This document shows, one piece after another, positions 19,425 through 29,105 of a stretch of DNA of 64,000 nt. The stretch's first letter is position 1. Each line of letters begins with the position of its first letter. The stretch is taken from NCBI GenBank assembly GCA_963716255.1, contig OY970303.1:4480001-4544000 (forward strand), written 5' to 3'. Both the position numbers and the translations under genes were made by a program. Under the pieces are notes generated by a model. That model saw only the letters and a list, made by a program, of their open reading frames with translations. It was not told the DNA's origin and did not search any database. This DNA comes from an uncultured Gemmatimonadales bacterium (GTDB taxonomy: Bacteria; Gemmatimonadota; Gemmatimonadetes; Longimicrobiales; Longimicrobiaceae).

Positions 19425-21146
19425 ATGAGCGACCGCCAGATTTCCTCCGCCGCGCCCGACCGGCGCGCCTTTCTCGGGTACTTCTCCGCCCTGGGGCTGG
19501 GGGGGACGCTCCTCCCCGGCGTCCTCTGGGCCAGGGTGGCCGAGGGAGCCGAGATCACCGAGGAAACCATCGCCTGCGCCGCCGAGGTGGCCGGGGTGCA
19601 GTTCGACGACGACGAGCGCAGGCTGATGGTGCAGAGCCTCCGCCAGCAGGCGGGCCAGATCGAGGCGCTCCACCGCGTTCCCCTCGCCAATGCCGTCGCC
19701 CCGGCGGTCCTCTTCGACCCGCTGTCCGCGGGGGCGCACCTCCCCGCCGGCGAGGAGCGGGAGCGAGGGTCGGTGCGCGTCGCCCGGGCCCCCGCTGTGC
19801 GCGTCCCGGCCAGGCTGGACGAGCTGGCCTTCCTCCCCGTGACCGCGCTCGGCGAGCTGGTGCGCACGCGGAAGGTGACCTCCACGCAGCTCACCCGCAT
19901 GTACCTGGACCGGCTGCGGCGCTTCGACCCCGTGCTCAAGGCCGTGGTCACCCTCACCGAGGAGCGCGCCCTGCGCCAGGCCGCCGAGGCGGACCGGGAG
20001 ATCGCCCGCGGGCGCATTCGCGGCCCGCTGCACGGCATCCCCTGGGGCGCAAAGGACCTGCTCGCCGTGCGCGGCTACCCCACCACCTGGGGGGCGGCGC
20101 CCTTCCGCGAGCAGACGATCGACGAGGACGCCACGGTGGTGAAGCGGCTGGACGAGGCCGGCGCGGTGCTGGTCGCCAAGCTGACGCTGGGCGCGCTGGC
20201 CCAGGGCGACGTGTGGTTCGGGGGGACCACGAAGAACCCGTGGAAGACCGACCAGGGCTCCAGCGGCTCCTCCGCCGGGCCCGGCTCCGCGACCGCGGCG
20301 GGGCTGGTGGGCTTCGCCGTCGGCAGCGAGACGCTGGGCTCCATCTCCTCCCCCTCCACCCGCAACGGGGTGACGGGGCTGCGCCCCACCTTCGGGCGGG
20401 TGCCGCGGACCGGGGCCATGGCGCTCTCCTGGACCATGGACAAGCTGGGGCCCATGTGCCGCAGCGTGGACGACTGCGCGCTGGTGCTGGACGCCATCCG
20501 CGGCCCGGACGGCGCCGACGCCACCGTGCGCGCCGCGCCCTTCCGCTACGACGCCCGCACGCGCCTGTCCGACCTGCGCGTGGGCTACTTCCGCGCCGCC
20601 TTCGAGCGCGACGAGAAGGACTACCCCAACAAGCCCTGGGACCTGGCCGCGCTGGACGTGCTCCGCGCGCAGGGGGCCACGCTGGTGCCGGTGGAGGTGC
20701 CGGAGGCCGCGTACGGCGCCATGCGGCTGATCCTCACCGCCGAGGCCGCCGCCGCCTTCGACGAGCTGACCCGCTCCGGGCGCGACGACGAGCTGAACGC
20801 GCAGGGGCCGGGCGACTGGCCCAACACCTTCCGCACCGCGCGGCTGATCCCGGCGGTGGACTACATCAACGCCAACCGGGTGCGGACGCTGGCCATGCGC
20901 GCCTGGGGGGAGCTGTTCGGGCGGGTGGACGTGGTGGTGGCCCCCACCTCCGGCACGCAGCTCGTCGCCACCAACCTGACGGGGCACCCGGCCGTGATCC
21001 TTCCCAACGGCTTCCGCGACGACGGCACGCCGGTGTCCATCACCTTCCTGGGCGGGCTGTTCGAGGAGGGCAGGCTGCTGGCCGCCGCGGGCGCCTACCA
21101 GCGCGCCACGCAGTTCCACCTGCGGCACCCGGCGGCGTTCGCCTGA
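19425..21146 (+). CDS. Amidase signature family protein (Tat-like N-terminus)
   Basis: GPLHGIPWGAKDL, GSSGSSAGPG, GSETLGSISSP; DRRAFLG signal. Confidence 0.92.
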   Translation: MSDRQISSAAPDRRAFLGYFSALGLGGTLLPGVLWARVAEGAEITEETIACAAEVAGVQFDDDERRLMVQSLRQQAGQIEALHRVPLANAVAPAVLFDPLSAGAHLPAGEERERGSVRVARAPAVRVPARLDELAFLPVTALGELVRTRKVTSTQLTRMYLDRLRRFDPVLKAVVTLTEERALRQAAEADREIARGRIRGPLHGIPWGAKDLLAVRGYPTTWGAAPFREQTIDEDATVVKRLDEAGAVLVAKLTLGALAQGDVWFGGTTKNPWKTDQGSSGSSAGPGSATAAGLVGFAVGSETLGSISSPSTRNGVTGLRPTFGRVPRTGAMALSWTMDKLGPMCRSVDDCALVLDAIRGPDGADATVRAAPFRYDARTRLSDLRVGYFRAAFERDEKDYPNKPWDLAALDVLRAQGATLVPVEVPEAAYGAMRLILTAEAAAAFDELTRSGRDDELNAQGPGDWPNTFRTARLIPAVDYINANRVRTLAMRAWGELFGRVDVVVAPTSGTQLVATNLTGHPAVILPNGFRDDGTPVSITFLGGLFEEGRLLAAAGAYQRATQFHLRHPAAFA

Positions 21147-21189
21147 CGCCCCCGGTTTTTTCTCCCTGATCTGTTACGGAGGTACGCGT

Positions 21190-21540
21190 TTGTCCGCTGC
21201 GAGCGGGGACCGGGTCACGCCCGCCGAGGTGGGGCCCACGGAGGACGGGGCGCAGCTGCGCATCCGCTGGAGGGACGGGCACGTGTCCGAGTACACGCCG
21301 CGCTTCCTGCGGCTGAGCTGTCCGTGCGCGGGGTGCGTGGAGGAGATGTCCGGCCGGCCGCTGCTGAACCCGGCGTACGTGCGGCAGGACGTGTATCCGC
21401 GGGCCATCGAGTACGTGGGGCGGTATGCGCTGCGGTTCGACTGGAGCGACGGGCACGGGACCGGGATCTACCCGTTCGACATGCTGCGAGGGCTCTGCCG
21501 GTGCCTGGAGTGCCTGGATCCGGAGGGTCCTGCGGAGTAG
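21190..21540 (+). CDS. DUF971 / GBBH N-terminal-like protein
   Basis: LRIRWRDGH, LRLSCPCAGC, VGRYALRFDWSDGHGTGIYPF; GGAGG RBS, TTG start. Confidence 0.88.
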   Translation: MSAASGDRVTPAEVGPTEDGAQLRIRWRDGHVSEYTPRFLRLSCPCAGCVEEMSGRPLLNPAYVRQDVYPRAIEYVGRYALRFDWSDGHGTGIYPFDMLRGLCRCLECLDPEGPAE

Positions 21541-21557
21541 GGGTTTCGTGTCGTAGC

Positions 21558-21700
21558 GGGCCGCTACGGAGCCGGACGATACGGCCGTCCGTCTCCTGCG
21601 CGGGCTCCGGGAGCCAGGCCAAACTGCCGGCCTGTCTCCCTGCGCCGGCGGGAGCCTCGCCAAACAGCCGGCGAGTCTCCCGCCGTACATCTTTTTGTGG
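21558..21700 (+). repeat. Family B triple-hairpin repeat
   Basis: Loops ATACGGC, AAACTGC, AAACAGC in GGAG/CTCC-clamped hairpins. Confidence 0.85.
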
Positions 21701-21735
21701 GTACTGCTGGAACGGCGAACTGCACGTGGGGTCGG

Positions 21736-22404
21736 TCAGGTGCCGCGCCAGAGAGTCCACATGGCCGCGAAGGACGGTGCCGCGGCGGCAAGCGCCAGGG
21801 TGAGGGCCCACTCGATCGCGGCGCGGGGGCCGGCAAGGCCGACGGCGCCCATCACCGCCACCAGCAGGTAGAGGGCGCCGACGGCGGCGCGGGGGCCGCC
21901 GCTGTGCCACAGGGGGACGCCGAGGAGCGCCATCGTCAGGAAGAAGGCGGCCCACTTGAGCAGGCTGGCGGAGCGCACGGCGTCCAGCAGGGGGGCGCGG
22001 TCGGGACCGGCGGGGGAGGCGCCCACGAAGGCGGCGATGCGGCCGTTCTCCAGCACGTCGAGCGCGCCGGTCAGCGCCACGGCGGCGACCCCCGCGACGG
22101 CCACCCAGCACAGGGGACTCTCGATGCTCCGGGAAAGCAGGACGCCGAGCAGCGCGTACAGCAGCACGTACACCCCGATGAACACGCGGTCGCCGCGCAG
22201 GTGCTTCCGCACGCCCTCGATCCCGCCCGCGCGGGCGACGGCCTGGTCCGCTCCCGGCACGGTCCGCGCGAGTTCCAGGGCGAGCACGGCTCCGCGCACC
22301 CCGCCCTCCAGCGGCGGGCCGCTCGACCGGCGCAGGTGCATGGAGCCCGCCGTCGCCGCGGCGGCCACCCAAGCGAGGATCCACACCCAGCGCATCGTGT
22401 TCAT
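21736..22404 (-). CDS. Hypothetical integral membrane protein
   Basis: Several hydrophobic segments; DVLEN motif. Confidence 0.6.
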   Translation of the reverse strand: MNTMRWVWILAWVAAAATAGSMHLRRSSGPPLEGGVRGAVLALELARTVPGADQAVARAGGIEGVRKHLRGDRVFIGVYVLLYALLGVLLSRSIESPLCWVAVAGVAAVALTGALDVLENGRIAAFVGASPAGPDRAPLLDAVRSASLLKWAAFFLTMALLGVPLWHSGGPRAAVGALYLLVAVMGAVGLAGPRAAIEWALTLALAAAAPSFAAMWTLWRGT

Positions 22405-22519
22405 CGGCCTTCCCTGTCCGGGGGATGGAGCGAGGCGGAGACGGGGAGCGACGCGGGGAGGGAGGCGGCGCCCGGGGGCAAGCTACGGGCGGCTGCGGCG
22501 GCGGGCAACGAAAACGCAC

Positions 22520-22564
22520 GGAAGCACGAAGGCCCTCCCCGCCGGGGAGGGCCTTCGTGCTTCC
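22520..22564 (-). terminator. Hairpin terminator downstream of the TonB gene
   Basis: Long perfect inverted repeat GGAAGCACGAAGGCCCTCCCC/GGGGAGGGCCTTCGTGCTTCC. Confidence 0.65.
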
Positions 22565-22579
22565 GCGTGGGGCCGCCGA

Positions 22580-23446
22580 TCAGGCGTTGTTGAGCGTCCA
22601 GGTGATCGGCATGGTGATGGAGACGCGCACGGCGCGGCCGCCGATCTTGGCCGGGCGGAACTTGAACTTGTCCGCGGCCTGCACCGAGGCGCCGGCGAAG
22701 CCCTCGTGGCTGGTGTTGACCACCTCCACCGAGCCGTTCTCCACGCGCCCGTTCGTGTCGATCACGAACTTGAGCATGGTCTGCCCGCTGATCCCCGCGT
22801 CGCGGAGCGCGTCCGGGTACAGGCGCTGCAGCACCCGCTGCATCTCGGACGCGTTCTGGAGGCTGGGGCGCTCCTCCACCACGTTCACGTCCACCGGGGC
22901 GCCACCCGCGCCCTCGCCCTCGTTGTTCCCCGACGGCGGCTCCTTGGCGGTGTTGCGCGCCTCGCCGCCCTCCACGCCCTTGGCCACGCCGCCGGCCACG
23001 CCCACGCCGCTGAAGTCCTCGAGCTTCACGGCCGGCGCGCTCGCGTCCACGTCCGGAAGGCGGTCCGGCACGCCCGCGGGCGGCACCAGCTCCTGGTAGC
23101 CCTTGGCGACCGGCGGCGCGGGATCCGGCTCCTCGGCGGGGGCCTCCAGCACCGCGGGCGGGTCGTCCGCGTCGGGCACCTCCGGCGTGGGCTCCGGCTC
23201 CGGCGCGACCTCGGGCTCCTCCACCACCGGCGGCGGCGGCTCCACCGGCTGCGGGGGCGTGGGCTCGATCTCCATGTACGTCACCTGCTCCTCGACCTCA
23301 CGCTCGCCCGGCTTGGGCGCGTTTGCCGCCGCGTACATGGCGCCGCCCAGCAGCGCCACGTGCGCCAGCCCGGAGACCACGAGGGTCCTCGAGTTGACCA
23401 CCGACCGTTTCCTGCTGGACTCCGAGGCGATCAGGTTGTTGAACAT
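22580..23446 (-). CDS. Energy transducer TonB family protein
   Basis: N-terminal TM with SxxxH, Pro/Glu-rich linker, TonB_C 'YPDALRDAGISG...FVIDTNGRV...FRPAKIGGRAV'. Confidence 0.9.
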   Translation of the reverse strand: MFNNLIASESSRKRSVVNSRTLVVSGLAHVALLGGAMYAAANAPKPGEREVEEQVTYMEIEPTPPQPVEPPPPVVEEPEVAPEPEPTPEVPDADDPPAVLEAPAEEPDPAPPVAKGYQELVPPAGVPDRLPDVDASAPAVKLEDFSGVGVAGGVAKGVEGGEARNTAKEPPSGNNEGEGAGGAPVDVNVVEERPSLQNASEMQRVLQRLYPDALRDAGISGQTMLKFVIDTNGRVENGSVEVVNTSHEGFAGASVQAADKFKFRPAKIGGRAVRVSITMPITWTLNNA

Positions 23447-23631
23447 GGAGCCTCTTCTCCTGCGTAAGGCGCCGCCGGGGCGCTTGGTCGCGTAAGTCGT
23501 TGCCGGACGGTTTTTTGGTAAAGCAACAACCGTTCCACGACCTTGCTGCGGCCCTCTGGGTAAGTCGTTGAAGCGGGCCTATTTGCCGTGAATTTCCCGC
23601 GAGCGCGCTCCCGGAGCCTCCCGGGAATCGC

Positions 23632-24198
23632 TCATTCCCCCGCGGACGCGAACAGGTCGCCGCTTCCGCCGCCCTCCGCCGGGTAGAGCACGCGCCCGCC
23701 GGCGAGGACCACGGCGTGCGGGCTGAGGGCGTGGGTCACGGTCTTTCCCGGCGCGAGCACGTCCAGCACGGGAACGCCGCGCGCGATCAGCGCGTCCGCG
23801 ATGAGGTTGCGGTGGCAGCGCCAGGGCACCGCCTCCGCGCACATCACCACGGTGGGCCGCTGGGTGGAATCCGCCACCAGCCGCTCCAGCGCGCCCCGGA
23901 ACTCCGGCGAGTCCATGTGGTCGGCGTAGGCGCGGAACGACGGGTTGCGCCAGGCGGTGTTGGGCGAGTCCGGCCGCGGGTCGCGCCGCCCGCCGAGGTC
24001 CGGCTCGTGGCGGTACCCGATCCCCGCCGCGCGCAGCGATGCCGCCAGCTCCGCGCTCCCGAACTGCGGGTGCCGCCGCGACCCGGGAAACCGCCGCACG
24101 TCCACCAGCAGCCGGATGCCGTTCTCGCGCAGCAGGCCCAGGAACTCGTCCGCGGTGCGGGTGGAGTGGCCGATGGTGAAGACGGGAGGAGGAGACAA
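23632..24198 (-). CDS. DUF488 family protein
   Basis: FTIGHSTR, LVDVRRFPGSRR, LGGRR, MCAEAVPWRCHR. Confidence 0.9.
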   Translation of the reverse strand: MSPPPVFTIGHSTRTADEFLGLLRENGIRLLVDVRRFPGSRRHPQFGSAELAASLRAAGIGYRHEPDLGGRRDPRPDSPNTAWRNPSFRAYADHMDSPEFRGALERLVADSTQRPTVVMCAEAVPWRCHRNLIADALIARGVPVLDVLAPGKTVTHALSPHAVVLAGGRVLYPAEGGGSGDLFASAGE

Positions 24199-24294
24199 GG
24201 AAGTACGGAGTACAGGCTATGGAGTACGAAGTCCGGTGACGAGCGAAGACGGCGAAGCGGTGCAGGTGCCGTTCCGCCGTTCAAGCCGTACCCG

Positions 24295-24437
24295 TAAAAA
24301 GATGTACGGAGGGAGACTCGCCGGCTGTTTGGCGAGGCTCCCTCCGGCGAGGGGAGACAGCCGGGCAGTTTCGGCTGGCTCCCGGAGCCCGCGCAGGAGA
24401 CCGGCGGGGCAGTTTCCGCCGGGCTCCGTAGCGGCCC
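24295..24437 (-). repeat. Family B triple-hairpin repeat
   Basis: Reverse-complement copy, most similar to 21558. Confidence 0.85.
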
Positions 24438-24540
24438 GCCACGACACGTCGCGCAATCCGGTGGCCCGGGACGTGAACGGAGCCGCCGGGAGGGATTCGC
24501 GCGCTCCAGCCCGGCACCCCCTGACCCCGCACGCATCGCG

Positions 24541-25674
24541 ATGAAAACGCCACGCTCCCTGTTCGGCGGCATGCACAGGCGCCCCCGCCGCCCACCGCCG
24601 GGAACCGCGCCCGGCACCCTCATCCACGAGCCGGACACGCCGCCCGCCACGATCTCGGCGATCGGCTACGGGCCCGAGGGGTTCGACGAATGGGCGGTGG
24701 AGGACCCCGCGTCGCTGGCGGAGTCCCGGGAACGCTGGCCGGTGCTGTGGGTCAACGTGGACGGGGCGTGCCACGTGCCCACGCTGGAGGCGCTGGGCGA
24801 GGTGTTCGGGCTGCACCGGCTGGCGCTGGAGGACGTCGCCAACGTGCCGCAGCGCCCCAAGGCGGAGTGGTACGACGAGCACCTGTTCGTGGTGGGTCGC
24901 ATGATCCGTCGCCTCCCCGCGCTGGACGTGGAGCAGATCAGCATGTTCGTGGCGCACGGGTACGTGCTCACCTTCCAGGAGCGCCCCGGCGACCCGCTGG
25001 ACCCGGTGCGCAGGCGCCTGCGGGTCCCCCACGGGCGCATCCGCTCCACCGGCGCCGACTACCTGGCGTACGCCATCCTGGACGCCGTCACCGACCACTA
25101 CTTTCCCGTGCTGGAGTCGTACGGCGACGAGCTGGAGGCGCTGGAGACCTGCATTCTCGCCGGGAGCGGGCGCCTGGCCATGGCGCGGCTGCACGCCGTG
25201 AAGCGCGACCTGCTCGCGCTGCGCAAGTCCATCTGGCCCGTGCGCGACGCCATCACCGCGCTGCTGCGCGACCCCGGCGACCTCATCGGCGAGGGGACGC
25301 AGGTGTACCTGCGCGACTGCCACGACCACGTGGTGCAGGCGGCGGACCTGGTGGAGACCTACCGCGACCTGGCCTCGTCGCTCACCGACCTGTACCTGTC
25401 CAGCGTCAGCTACCGGATGAACGAGGTCATGAAGGTGCTCACCATCTTCACGGCCGTGTTCATCCCGCTCAGCTTCATCGCGGGGCTGTACGGGATGAAC
25501 TTCGACCGCAGCGAATCGCCGCTGAACATGCCGGAGCTGGACTGGTACTTCGGGTACCCGTTCGCGCTGGGGCTGATGGGGGTGATCGCGGCGGGGCTGC
25601 TTTTCTACTTCTGGCGGCGGGGGTGGATCGGGAGCCGGGACGACGATGCGTTCGTGGAGGCGGACGTGTCCTGA
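24541..25674 (+). CDS. corA: Magnesium/cobalt transporter CorA
   Basis: LHRLALED, QRPKAE, MNEVMKVLTIF, YGMNF, MPELDW. Confidence 0.95.
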   Translation: MKTPRSLFGGMHRRPRRPPPGTAPGTLIHEPDTPPATISAIGYGPEGFDEWAVEDPASLAESRERWPVLWVNVDGACHVPTLEALGEVFGLHRLALEDVANVPQRPKAEWYDEHLFVVGRMIRRLPALDVEQISMFVAHGYVLTFQERPGDPLDPVRRRLRVPHGRIRSTGADYLAYAILDAVTDHYFPVLESYGDELEALETCILAGSGRLAMARLHAVKRDLLALRKSIWPVRDAITALLRDPGDLIGEGTQVYLRDCHDHVVQAADLVETYRDLASSLTDLYLSSVSYRMNEVMKVLTIFTAVFIPLSFIAGLYGMNFDRSESPLNMPELDWYFGYPFALGLMGVIAAGLLFYFWRRGWIGSRDDDAFVEADVS

Positions 25675-25724
25675 GATCTTCGTGTGGAGGCGGGGCCGCG
25701 GAGTTCGGCAGATCTGAGAAGCTG

Positions 25725-25761
25725 AAAGACCCTGCGGTCCCATGACGGACGCAGGGTCTTT
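25725..25761 (+). terminator. Rho-independent terminator
   Basis: AAAGACCCTGCG...CGCAGGGTCTTT. Confidence 0.7.
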
Positions 25762-25994
25762 CGTGAGCTCCACGCCCGTGTCGTGTGTCTGCCGGTGGGA
25801 ATGGTGGCGGGTGGGTGGCGTACCTGCCAGCCCGGTGGCGGGCCGGAGCAGCGGCGAGCCTATCACCAGCGGGAGCCCAACTCTAAAGTCACAAAACCTA
25901 TGCTCGCAAAATATGCCGCGTGGGCGCGAAATGCGGGCAGGGTTAGTTTCTCCGGTGCTCACAGTTCCATCCACCCGACCCGAGGGGAATCACG

Positions 25995-26204
25995 ATGAGA
26001 GCACCACGAATCACCCTGATCCTGGCCGCTGCAAGCCTCCTTGCTTCCTGCGGAAACAAGTCCGATCCGGTCGCACCCGATCAGGCACCGAGGCGGGACG
26101 GCGGGATCTTCACCATCGGGTCAGGCAACAGCCAGACTCCATCTTCAAGCCCTGATTCGGTGGCATCCCGGGGTGGGATCTTCACCATCGGATCAGGAAA
26201 CTAG
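25995..26204 (+). CDS. Small lipoprotein-signal prepeptide, 69 aa, with two GGIFTIGSGN cores (module 2)
   Basis: GAGGGG RBS; lipobox LAS-C; RRDGGIFTIGSGN...SRGGIFTIGSGN*. Confidence 0.8.
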   Translation: MRAPRITLILAAASLLASCGNKSDPVAPDQAPRRDGGIFTIGSGNSQTPSSSPDSVASRGGIFTIGSGN

Positions 26205-26213
26205 AAACCTCCC

Positions 26214-27412
26214 CTAGTGGATCACCCCGGCTGAGGTGATGGGTATCGGGAGGAGAACTTCTCCCGAGCCTTGGCGGTTGTGAAACGCCACTGAATCGTG
26301 GCCTTGCTGCCGTTGCGGTCGCGGCACCAGACGGCGGTTTCACGCTGCACGACTTCCATGCTGGGCAGGCGCCGGTCCAAGCATTGAGTGCCGAGCACGG
26401 AGAACTCCACCTCGGCCATGTTCAACCAGCTTGCATGCTTGGGCGTGTGGTGCAACTCCAGGCGCTTTGCGATCCGGCTTGCTTCCTCGGGCGCGAACGC
26501 CTGGTAGAGCGAGGCCGGCGTGTGCGTGTTCAGGTTGTCCAGCACCACGCGGACCTTCTCCGCCTCCGGAAAATGCACGTCCACCAGATCCCGCATGCAG
26601 TGGGCGAAGTCGATCGCGGTGCGCCGCTGCGTGACCTTGACCTCTCGCCAGGCGGTGTCGGGGCTGAAGAAGAGGAAGAGGTTGCACGTGCCTTCGCGCC
26701 GGTACTCGTAGTCGAACCGCTCGGCCTGCCCCGGTCGCGCCGGCAGCGGCATGCGCACCTCGGACAGAAGTTGCAGAGGCATCTCGTCAAAGGCCACACG
26801 CGGCCGCTTCGGGTCGTTCGGCTCTGCATACAGGTCGAGCACGTCCTCCATCCGCCAGACGAATTCGGCCGTGATCTCCGGGATCAGCCACTGCTGGCGC
26901 TGCCACGGCTTCGTCTTGCTTTTTTGAGCGTGCGGCGCACCGTCTCATCCGAGATCGAGTCCACCGCCCCCAGTTCCACCAGCCGGTCCGCGAGCATCTG
27001 CATGCTCCAGCGGGCGCGCCCACCAGGCACGTCGCTGCAGGCCAGCGCCAGGAGCAGGGCCTCCGCTTTGCCTGTCAGCTTCGGCGGCATCGGCGGGCGG
27101 GGTTTCTCTGAGAGAGCCGCCTCCAGCCCTTCTTCCACGAAGCGCTTGCGGATGCGCTCCACCGTAGCGACCCCGACGCCCACGCCCGCGACGATCTGCT
27201 CGTCCGTGGCACCCTCGTCGGAGCGCAGCACCACCAGAGCGCGTTTGATCCGCCGCGCGCTTGCCTTCCCCTTGCGCGTGAGCACAAGCAGATCGCTGCG
27301 CTCCTGCTCCGTCAGCTTCACCTTGTACCGCTTCGTCATCCTTCGGCTCCTGTACAACTGCGTACCCAAAGCCGAAGGATACCCCATCAACTCACTCGTG
27401 GTGCCCCACTAG
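26214..27412 (-). mobile_element. IS630-family insertion sequence, copy 2 (inverted relative to copy 1)
   Basis: Same length (1199 bp), same ends and identical translated ORFs as 11243-12441. Confidence 0.95.
26222..27339 (-). CDS. IS630 transposase (-1 frameshift at 26919-26925)
   Basis: Identical translation to copy 1. Confidence 0.92.
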
Positions 27413-28731
27413 CAGTGTATGCGCGGGTGAAGGCTGCCTGCGCCCGCGCATACCTTCAATTTCCGGACAAGTACACTCGCAAGCGCGTCCGCGGCCTCGT
27501 AGACCTCCGGGTGATCCTTCGGGATGCTGTAAGCCACCTCCTCGGGCAGCCTTCTCTCAGACCCGAGCCGAAGAAGGTGGTCAGCCTGCGCCCTTACCTC
27601 CTCTTGCTTTCGCTTGCAAGCAAGGTCCCGGCTCAGCGAGGCAGAGAGTTCTACCCTCTCCCAATCCTCAAGGTAAGCGGCTCCATAGGCCAGGTTCAGA
27701 AGCGCGTACGATGCACATTCGACGCTTGGATCTGAGTCGATGATCTCCCAGGTATCGACCCAGGCGCGCGCAAACGCCAGCCAGTGCCTGGCTCCTCCAG
27801 CGGCGCGAGCGATGCTTCCCAGAACCTGAAGCCGCTCGGAGGGACGGGCGATGTGCATTGCTATAGCTTGAAAGACCAGAAGCGATCGGGCGAAGAAACC
27901 CTGCGCAAGCCAAAAGCCTGCGACATCGTGCGCGAGCACGGGAAGCCTGTTGTGCGAGGCTCCGTAGGCTGTGACTGTTTTCCGGGCAAGGTGCTCGGCC
28001 TCAAGGATCCTTCCCGCTTCGACTGAGACGCCGAAGAGGTCATGAAGGGCTTCTGCGCGAACATCACGAAGCCCTGCCCTCCGGGCCCGCTGAAAGGCTC
28101 TGGTGAAAGCTTTCTCTGCCTGCACGTAATCGCCACGTGACAGAAGCAGGTGCCCTATGCCCATCCAGGCCCGTGCAAACGACCGGGAATCCTTTGAGCG
28201 CCTGGCCAGGCCGAGTGCCCGTCTGTACCAGGTTTCAGCACGGCCAGCCTGGCCACTTCTTCGGCAGAGCCTACCGACCAGGAAGGCGTATTCCGCATTC
28301 TCCGGAAGTAGAAGAGCGGCAGCCTGTCCAAAGGAAATTGCAGTGTTCGGAAGCCTGTTTCCATCAGCCCAGTGCGAGACCCGAAGCGCCGTGGAAGCCA
28401 GGTCCTCAACCGTCATCTTGTGCCCGTGCCTGAGGACTTCCGAGAGAATCATCAGTTGAGGCCGGAGAGAATCATCCATCTCAGCCCGCATCAGCTCGTC
28501 CAATACCCTCCTGTGCGCTCGCGCTGAAAAAGGGCTGCCATTCTCTGAACCGGAAAGCTTGGACCACAGGGTCAGGTCACGAACAGCTCTCAAGAGGAAC
28601 ACGCTTACCGGACTGGCTACCTCGGAAACGATCAGGAAACCTTCAAACGGCTCCCCTGCGCTCAGGAGTGCCGGAGGAGGGGTCTGGGTACGGCCGGAGC
28701 GCGGTTTTTCGCGAGAGTTGCGCTTGGGCAT
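27409..28731 (-). CDS. TPR-like helical repeat protein (module 2, putative peptide receptor)
   Basis: VGRLCR, GIGHLLLSRG, ALHDLF, HNRLPVLAHDVAGFWLAQG; start chosen by similarity to the 15692 paralog; visibly lower GC. Confidence 0.8.
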   Translation of the reverse strand: MPKRNSREKPRSGRTQTPPPALLSAGEPFEGFLIVSEVASPVSVFLLRAVRDLTLWSKLSGSENGSPFSARAHRRVLDELMRAEMDDSLRPQLMILSEVLRHGHKMTVEDLASTALRVSHWADGNRLPNTAISFGQAAALLLPENAEYAFLVGRLCRRSGQAGRAETWYRRALGLARRSKDSRSFARAWMGIGHLLLSRGDYVQAEKAFTRAFQRARRAGLRDVRAEALHDLFGVSVEAGRILEAEHLARKTVTAYGASHNRLPVLAHDVAGFWLAQGFFARSLLVFQAIAMHIARPSERLQVLGSIARAAGGARHWLAFARAWVDTWEIIDSDPSVECASYALLNLAYGAAYLEDWERVELSASLSRDLACKRKQEEVRAQADHLLRLGSERRLPEEVAYSIPKDHPEVYEAADALASVLVRKLKVCAGAGSLHPRIHC

Positions 28732-29105
28732 CAGCGGTTCTGATCGATTGCGGTAGCCGTACTTCCCGCATGGGCCCTCGACCGCATGAGAAGGGTATAT
28801 ATTCGTGCTGTTTACTACCGTCAACAAAATCGCAGAAGTAGGCCAAGATGGGTACGAAATCCCGAACCTGTCACTAAAGGGTTGTTCCGTTCCGATGCGC
28901 TTTCTTATTCCGTACTGATACGGCAATGACCGCGACGCGAGGTGACGGAACTATCGGCTACAATGTCTGAGAGACGAACGGTCTCTGGAGGCATCGTCGG
29001 AAGCCTCCTCGGTTGCTTTCGCCGAAGGGAGGTAGGTACATCTCGAATCGCAACGGCGGAGCGGCACGCGCCGCTCCGCCGTTCGGTTTTGCCGCCTCCG
29101 CTGCG

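Noticed and set aside
28732..28926. Extra 65 N-terminal residues on the module-2 TPR ORF
   Set aside because: The paralog at 15692 aligns from the later Met; the region looks like AT-richer promoter sequence.
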